64,000 nt of DNA from Bacteroidales bacterium (GTDB lineage Bacteria; Bacteroidota; Bacteroidia; Bacteroidales; BM520). Positions 60,026 through 64,000 of this stretch are shown here, one piece after another. The stretch spans positions 76,393 to 140,392 of the forward strand of contig JAISNV010000044.1 in NCBI GenBank assembly GCA_031276035.1, given 5' to 3'. Below the pieces are notes generated by a model, which was not told the origin of the DNA, ran no database searches, and saw only the letters and a program-made list of their open reading frames with translations. Each line of letters begins with the position of its first letter. The first letter of the stretch is position 1. The position numbers and the translations under genes are program-made.

Positions 60026-61369
60026 ATGGGTAAGTTTATTGAAACAATAAAAAATATTGGAAAGATAGAAGAACTGAAGAAAAGGATACTCTATACTCTC
60101 GGAATTATACTAATATATAGATTCGGTTCTTATGTTGTTCTTCCGGGTATAGATCCCGAAGGTTTGACCCTTCTTAAACAACAAGGCAGCGATGGCTTGT
60201 TGGGACTTTTGAATATGTTCTCCGGAGGAGCTTTCTCAAATGCTTCTATTTTTGCTTTGGGTATTATGCCTTATATCTCCGCATCAATTGTTATTCAATT
60301 GTTGGGATTGGCTATACCTTATTTTCAAAAATTACAAAAAGAAGGCGAAAGTGGTCGTCGCAAGATGAACCAAATTACCCGTCTTCTTACTATTGTAATA
60401 GTTGCCCTGCAAGCCCCCGCTTATATGACTAATGTACTTCGACAAGTACCTAGAATGTATATATTTCCGTTTGATCCTAATGCCACGGTAACACCACCGT
60501 TCTTCTTTATCTCATCGGTGATTATCCTTATTGCCGGAACGATGTTTGTAATGTGGTTGGGTGAACGTATCACGGATAAAGGTATCGGTAACGGTATTTC
60601 ATTAATAATTATGATTGGTATTATTGCACGCTTGCCCTTTGCTCTTTTCGGAGAATTTGTTTCAAGAATGGAAGCTCAAGGTGGCGGACTGGTAATATTC
60701 TTAATAGAATTAGTGGTATTTATCATTGTGGTAATGTTATGTATCCTCTTAGTGCAAGGTACGAGACGAATTCCGGTACAGTATGCAAAAAGAGTTGTAG
60801 GAAATCGTCAATATGGTGGAGTTCGCCAATATATTCCTTTGAAAGTTAATGCCGCAGGTGTAATGCCTATCATTTTTGCTCAGGCAATTATGTTCCTCCC
60901 GATGACCTTCGCAGGTTTCGGATCAGAAGGAATGGGCAAGTTTGCAGCAACTTTCTCAAATATCAACGGATTCTGGTATAATTTCGTTTTCTTCCTCTTG
61001 ATTGTTTTCTTTACATATTTTTATACAGCTATTACGGTTAATCCGACTCAAATGGCTGAAGATATGAAGAAAAACGGAGGATTTATTCCAGGAGTAAAAC
61101 CCGGCAAGAAAACAGCAGAATATATTGATACAATTATGTCTCGCATAACTTTACCAGGATCAATATTTTTGGGACTTGTTGCTATAATGCCTGCAATTGT
61201 AAGATTATTCGGTGTCAATACACAGTTTGCTCAATTCTTCGGTGGTACTTCATTGTTGATTCTCGTTGGTGTTGTGTTAGATACACTTCAGCAGATCGAA
61301 AGTCATTTATTGATGCGTCACTATGACGGATTGACGAAATCAGGTAGAATAAAAGGTCGTACTTCGTAA
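60026..61369 (+). CDS. secY: Preprotein translocase subunit SecY
   Basis: 447 aa with 10 TM segments. IFALGIMPYISASIVIQLL is a SecY signature. Confidence 0.96.
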   Translation: MGKFIETIKNIGKIEELKKRILYTLGIILIYRFGSYVVLPGIDPEGLTLLKQQGSDGLLGLLNMFSGGAFSNASIFALGIMPYISASIVIQLLGLAIPYFQKLQKEGESGRRKMNQITRLLTIVIVALQAPAYMTNVLRQVPRMYIFPFDPNATVTPPFFFISSVIILIAGTMFVMWLGERITDKGIGNGISLIIMIGIIARLPFALFGEFVSRMEAQGGGLVIFLIELVVFIIVVMLCILLVQGTRRIPVQYAKRVVGNRQYGGVRQYIPLKVNAAGVMPIIFAQAIMFLPMTFAGFGSEGMGKFAATFSNINGFWYNFVFFLLIVFFTYFYTAITVNPTQMAEDMKKNGGFIPGVKPGKKTAEYIDTIMSRITLPGSIFLGLVAIMPAIVRLFGVNTQFAQFFGGTSLLILVGVVLDTLQQIESHLLMRHYDGLTKSGRIKGRTS

Positions 61370-61379
61370 AAGGCTTAAC

Positions 61380-62159
61380 ATGTATCTGAAAACAGATCAA
61401 GAAATTGCTTTAATTAAAAAATGTTCTTTGCTTGTTGGAGAAACTCTTGCTGAAGTAGCTAAGTTGATTAATCCTGGTGTTTCAACAAAACATCTTGATA
61501 AAGTGGCAGAAGAGTTTATTAGAGACCATGGTGCAATTCCGGGATTTTTAAATTACAACGGATTTCCGGCTTCACTCTGCATCTCAATAAACGACACTGT
61601 TGTTCACGGAATACCGGATGAAAAGACAATTCTTAAAGACGGTGATATTGTTTCGGTTGATTGCGGCACAATTATTGACGGTTGGTATGGCGATTCTGCC
61701 TTTACCTTTGAAGTCGGAGAAATTGCACCGGAAATAAAACAACTCTTAAAAGTCACCCGTGAATCTTTAGAATTGGGAATTGAAAAAGCAGTAGCCGGAA
61801 ATCGTGTAGGTGATATAGGCTATGCTATTCAGAATTACGTTGAGAGCTTTGGTTATTCGGTGGTAAGAGATCTTGTAGGTCATGGAATCGGTCGTAATAT
61901 GCATGAACCTCCTGAAGTACCGAATTACGGTAGAAGAGGTAATGGCATAAAGCTCACTGAAGGGATGGTTATCTGTATTGAACCTATGATTAATATGGGA
62001 ACATATCGCGTTAAGATGTTGAGTGATGGCTGGACTGTGAAAACTGCAGACGGAAAACCTTCGGCACATTTTGAAAAACAAATTGCAGTAAGAAAGCATA
62101 AAGCGGAAGTACTGATAAGTTATGATGAAATTGATAAAATAATAAAAGATAAATCTTAA
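61380..62159 (+). CDS. map: Type I methionine aminopeptidase
   Basis: VVHGIP...D.G....GWYGDSA.TF.VG...GHGIG...HE.P. Confidence 0.94.
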   Translation: MYLKTDQEIALIKKCSLLVGETLAEVAKLINPGVSTKHLDKVAEEFIRDHGAIPGFLNYNGFPASLCISINDTVVHGIPDEKTILKDGDIVSVDCGTIIDGWYGDSAFTFEVGEIAPEIKQLLKVTRESLELGIEKAVAGNRVGDIGYAIQNYVESFGYSVVRDLVGHGIGRNMHEPPEVPNYGRRGNGIKLTEGMVICIEPMINMGTYRVKMLSDGWTVKTADGKPSAHFEKQIAVRKHKAEVLISYDEIDKIIKDKS

Positions 62160-62162
62160 AAT

Positions 62163-62381
62163 ATGGCAAAACAATTGTCGATAACTCAAGACGGAACAGT
62201 GTTGGAATCACTGGGAAATGCAATGTTCAAAGTTGAACTTGAGAATGGCCATGTAATTATTGCCCATATTTCAGGTAAGATGAGAATGCATTATATTCGC
62301 ATATTGCCGGGAGATAAAGTCAAATTGGAAATGTCACCATATGATTTATCAAAAGGTAGAATAATTTTAAGATATAAGTAA
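62163..62381 (+). CDS. infA: Translation initiation factor IF-1
   Basis: [43 protein letters not shown]. Confidence 0.96.
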   Translation: MAKQLSITQDGTVLESLGNAMFKVELENGHVIIAHISGKMRMHYIRILPGDKVKLEMSPYDLSKGRIILRYK

Positions 62382-62497
62382 AAACAACACAATGATACCA
62401 CATCATGTCAAATAAATTGGGAAAGTAGATTAATATAAAAATCATGTGGTTGAATATGTTGATTAAAGCAAGAGTAAAAAATTAAATTATATTTCGT

Positions 62498-62614
62498 ATG
62501 AAAGTAAGAACCTCAGTAAAAAAACGTACAGATGACTGTAAAATCGTCCGCAGAAAAGGACGCGTATATATTATTAATAAGAAAAACCCTAAGTATAAAC
62601 AAAGACAAAATTAA
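62498..62614 (+). CDS. rpmJ: 50S ribosomal protein L36 (below the ORF-track size cutoff)
   Basis: Hand translation gives [38 protein letters not shown], 38 aa. Position between infA and rpsM. Confidence 0.92.
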   Translation: MKVRTSVKKRTDDCKIVRRKGRVYIINKKNPKYKQRQN

Positions 62615-62624
62615 ATAAATATTT

Positions 62625-63005
62625 ATGGCTAGGATTGCAGGTATAGATATACCAAAAAACAAACATGGAGAAATAAGCCTGACTTATATTTACGGGATCG
62701 GCAGAAATCGTTCTCGCGAGATCCTTGCAAAAGCAGGTGTTCCTTATCAAAAAAAGGTGCAAGATTGGAATGATGATGAAATCACTCGTATTCGTACTAT
62801 CATCAATGATAATTATAGAGTAGAAGGTGAATTACGTTCGGAAGTTCAAATGAATATCAAACGACTGATGGATATTGGTTGTTACAGAGGGATCAGACAT
62901 CGTATCGGTTTACCGTTGCGTGGTCAGAGTACTAAGAATAATGCCCGTACTCGTAAGGGTCGTAAGAAAACGGTTGCTAACAAGAAGAAAGCACCTAAAG
63001 GTTAA
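62625..63005 (+). CDS. rpsM: 30S ribosomal protein S13
   Basis: [13 protein letters not shown]...YRGIRHR.GLP.RGQ.T..NART. Confidence 0.96.
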   Translation: MARIAGIDIPKNKHGEISLTYIYGIGRNRSREILAKAGVPYQKKVQDWNDDEITRIRTIINDNYRVEGELRSEVQMNIKRLMDIGCYRGIRHRIGLPLRGQSTKNNARTRKGRKKTVANKKKAPKG

Positions 63006-63059
63006 TAGTTTTATTTCCAGTTTAAATAATTATTTTCTTACTATAATAAAGTATATATT

Positions 63060-63452
63060 ATGGCTAAATCAAAAAGCAAAGTTACAAAGAAAAGAGTTGT
63101 TAGAATCGAACCTTTGGGTCACGCTTACGTAACAGCATCTTTTAATAATATTATTATTTCTTTGACAAATACGGCAGGACAGGTTATATCTTGGTCATCA
63201 GCCGGAAAAATGGGCTTCAGAGGCTCAAAGAAAAACACTCCTTACGCAGGCCAAAGAGCGGCGGAAGATTGTGCAAAAGTGGCGTATGACCTTGGATTAC
63301 GTAAAGTTAAAGTCTTCGTTAAGGGTCCGGGTTCGGGAAGAGAATCTGCAATTCGTACTATCCATTCCAACGGAATAGAAGTAATTGAAATCAGAGATGT
63401 TACTCCATTACCACATAATGGTTGCCGTCCTCCTAAAAGAAGAAGAGTTTAA
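63060..63452 (+). CDS. rpsK: 30S ribosomal protein S11
   Basis: [35 protein letters not shown]. Confidence 0.96.
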   Translation: MAKSKSKVTKKRVVRIEPLGHAYVTASFNNIIISLTNTAGQVISWSSAGKMGFRGSKKNTPYAGQRAAEDCAKVAYDLGLRKVKVFVKGPGSGRESAIRTIHSNGIEVIEIRDVTPLPHNGCRPPKRRRV

Positions 63453-63483
63453 TTAAAGTGTTGGTTAATAAAAATTTTAAAAA

Positions 63484-64000
63484 ATGGCAAGATATATAGG
63501 CCCAAAATCAAAAATCGCCCGTAAATTCAGAGAACCTATTTACGGTCCCGACAAATATCTGGAAAGAAAAAATTACGCTCCGGGTATGCACGGTGTAAAT
63601 AAAAGAAAGAAAAAGACATCGGAATACGGTCTTCAGCTTGAAGAAAAACAAAAAGCTAAATATACTTACGGTATCCTTGAACGTCAATTTAGAAATATCT
63701 TCGAAAAGGCATCTCATAAAGGTGGTGTAACCGGTATTATCTTATTGCAATTGATTGAATCAAGATTAGATAATATTGTATATCGCTTCGGGATAGCTCC
63801 TACAAGAGCAGCCGCACGCCAACTCGTTGGTCACCGTCATATCGAAGTTAACGGAAAAATTGTAAATATTCCTTCTTATCAATTGAAACCGGGTGATATA
63901 GTTAGCGTGAGAGAAAGATCCAAATCACTGGAAGTTATTACTAATTCAGTAGCGGGCAGAAGTAACCAACTTTCTTGGCTCGAATGGGATAGTAATCTTT
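63484..64000 (+). CDS. rpsD: 30S ribosomal protein S4 (3' end beyond the window; absent from the ORF track)
   Basis: [21 protein letters not shown]...[17 protein letters not shown]. The frame is open to the window end. Confidence 0.93.
   Translation, partial: MARYIGPKSKIARKFREPIYGPDKYLERKNYAPGMHGVNKRKKKTSEYGLQLEEKQKAKYTYGILERQFRNIFEKASHKGGVTGIILLQLIESRLDNIVYRFGIAPTRAAARQLVGHRHIEVNGKIVNIPSYQLKPGDIVSVRERSKSLEVITNSVAGRSNQLSWLEWDSNL

Noticed and set aside
62382-62497. A 116-nt gap between infA and rpmJ with ACCACAT...ATGTGGT arms.
   Set aside because: The stem is only 7 bp with a loop of about 40 nt, which is not convincing as a regulatory structure.

Overview
AT-rich chromosomal window from a Bacteroidota-type genome. 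The lineage call rests on TAnnTTTG -7 promoter boxes in front of most genes, very short leaders with almost no Shine-Dalgarno sequences, several T9SS C-terminal sorting domains, and a 47-nt Bacteroidetes-style type II-C CRISPR repeat. No database search was possible, so every product call comes from motifs read by eye.

Core content:
- ftsK 3' part, mgtE, rplU-rpmA, gltX, a RelA/SpoT protein, ftsE, and rpsF-rpsR-rplI.
- From 47.8 kb to the window end, the full str-S10-spc-alpha ribosomal cluster (rpsL to rpsD). It includes secY, map, infA, and three genes missing from the ORF track: rpmD, rpmJ and the truncated rpsD.

Accessory content:
1. A complete type II-C CRISPR-Cas9 locus at 15.5-23.3 kb: a 1534-aa Cas9, cas1, cas2, and 19 repeats with 18 spacers. 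A tracrRNA is readable upstream of cas9, inside the gltX 5' region. Each repeat carries a promoter box on the strand opposite the cas genes. Two spacers are allelic versions of one coding protospacer.
2. A 33.6-39.6 kb block of secreted proteins of unknown function. Two near-identical 202-bp non-coding elements each sit upstream of a promoter box. Each box is followed by a very long leader and one or two small signal-peptide, Cys-containing proteins. One of these operons is joined through a strong terminator to a 624-aa CxxC protein.
3. A 43.9-47.3 kb T9SS cargo cluster: an M43-like metallopeptidase and a protein with a tail-fibre/S74 chaperone domain.

Candidate cis-regulatory leaders lie upstream of mgtE (SD-sequestering switch) and rpsL (structured, about 200 nt).
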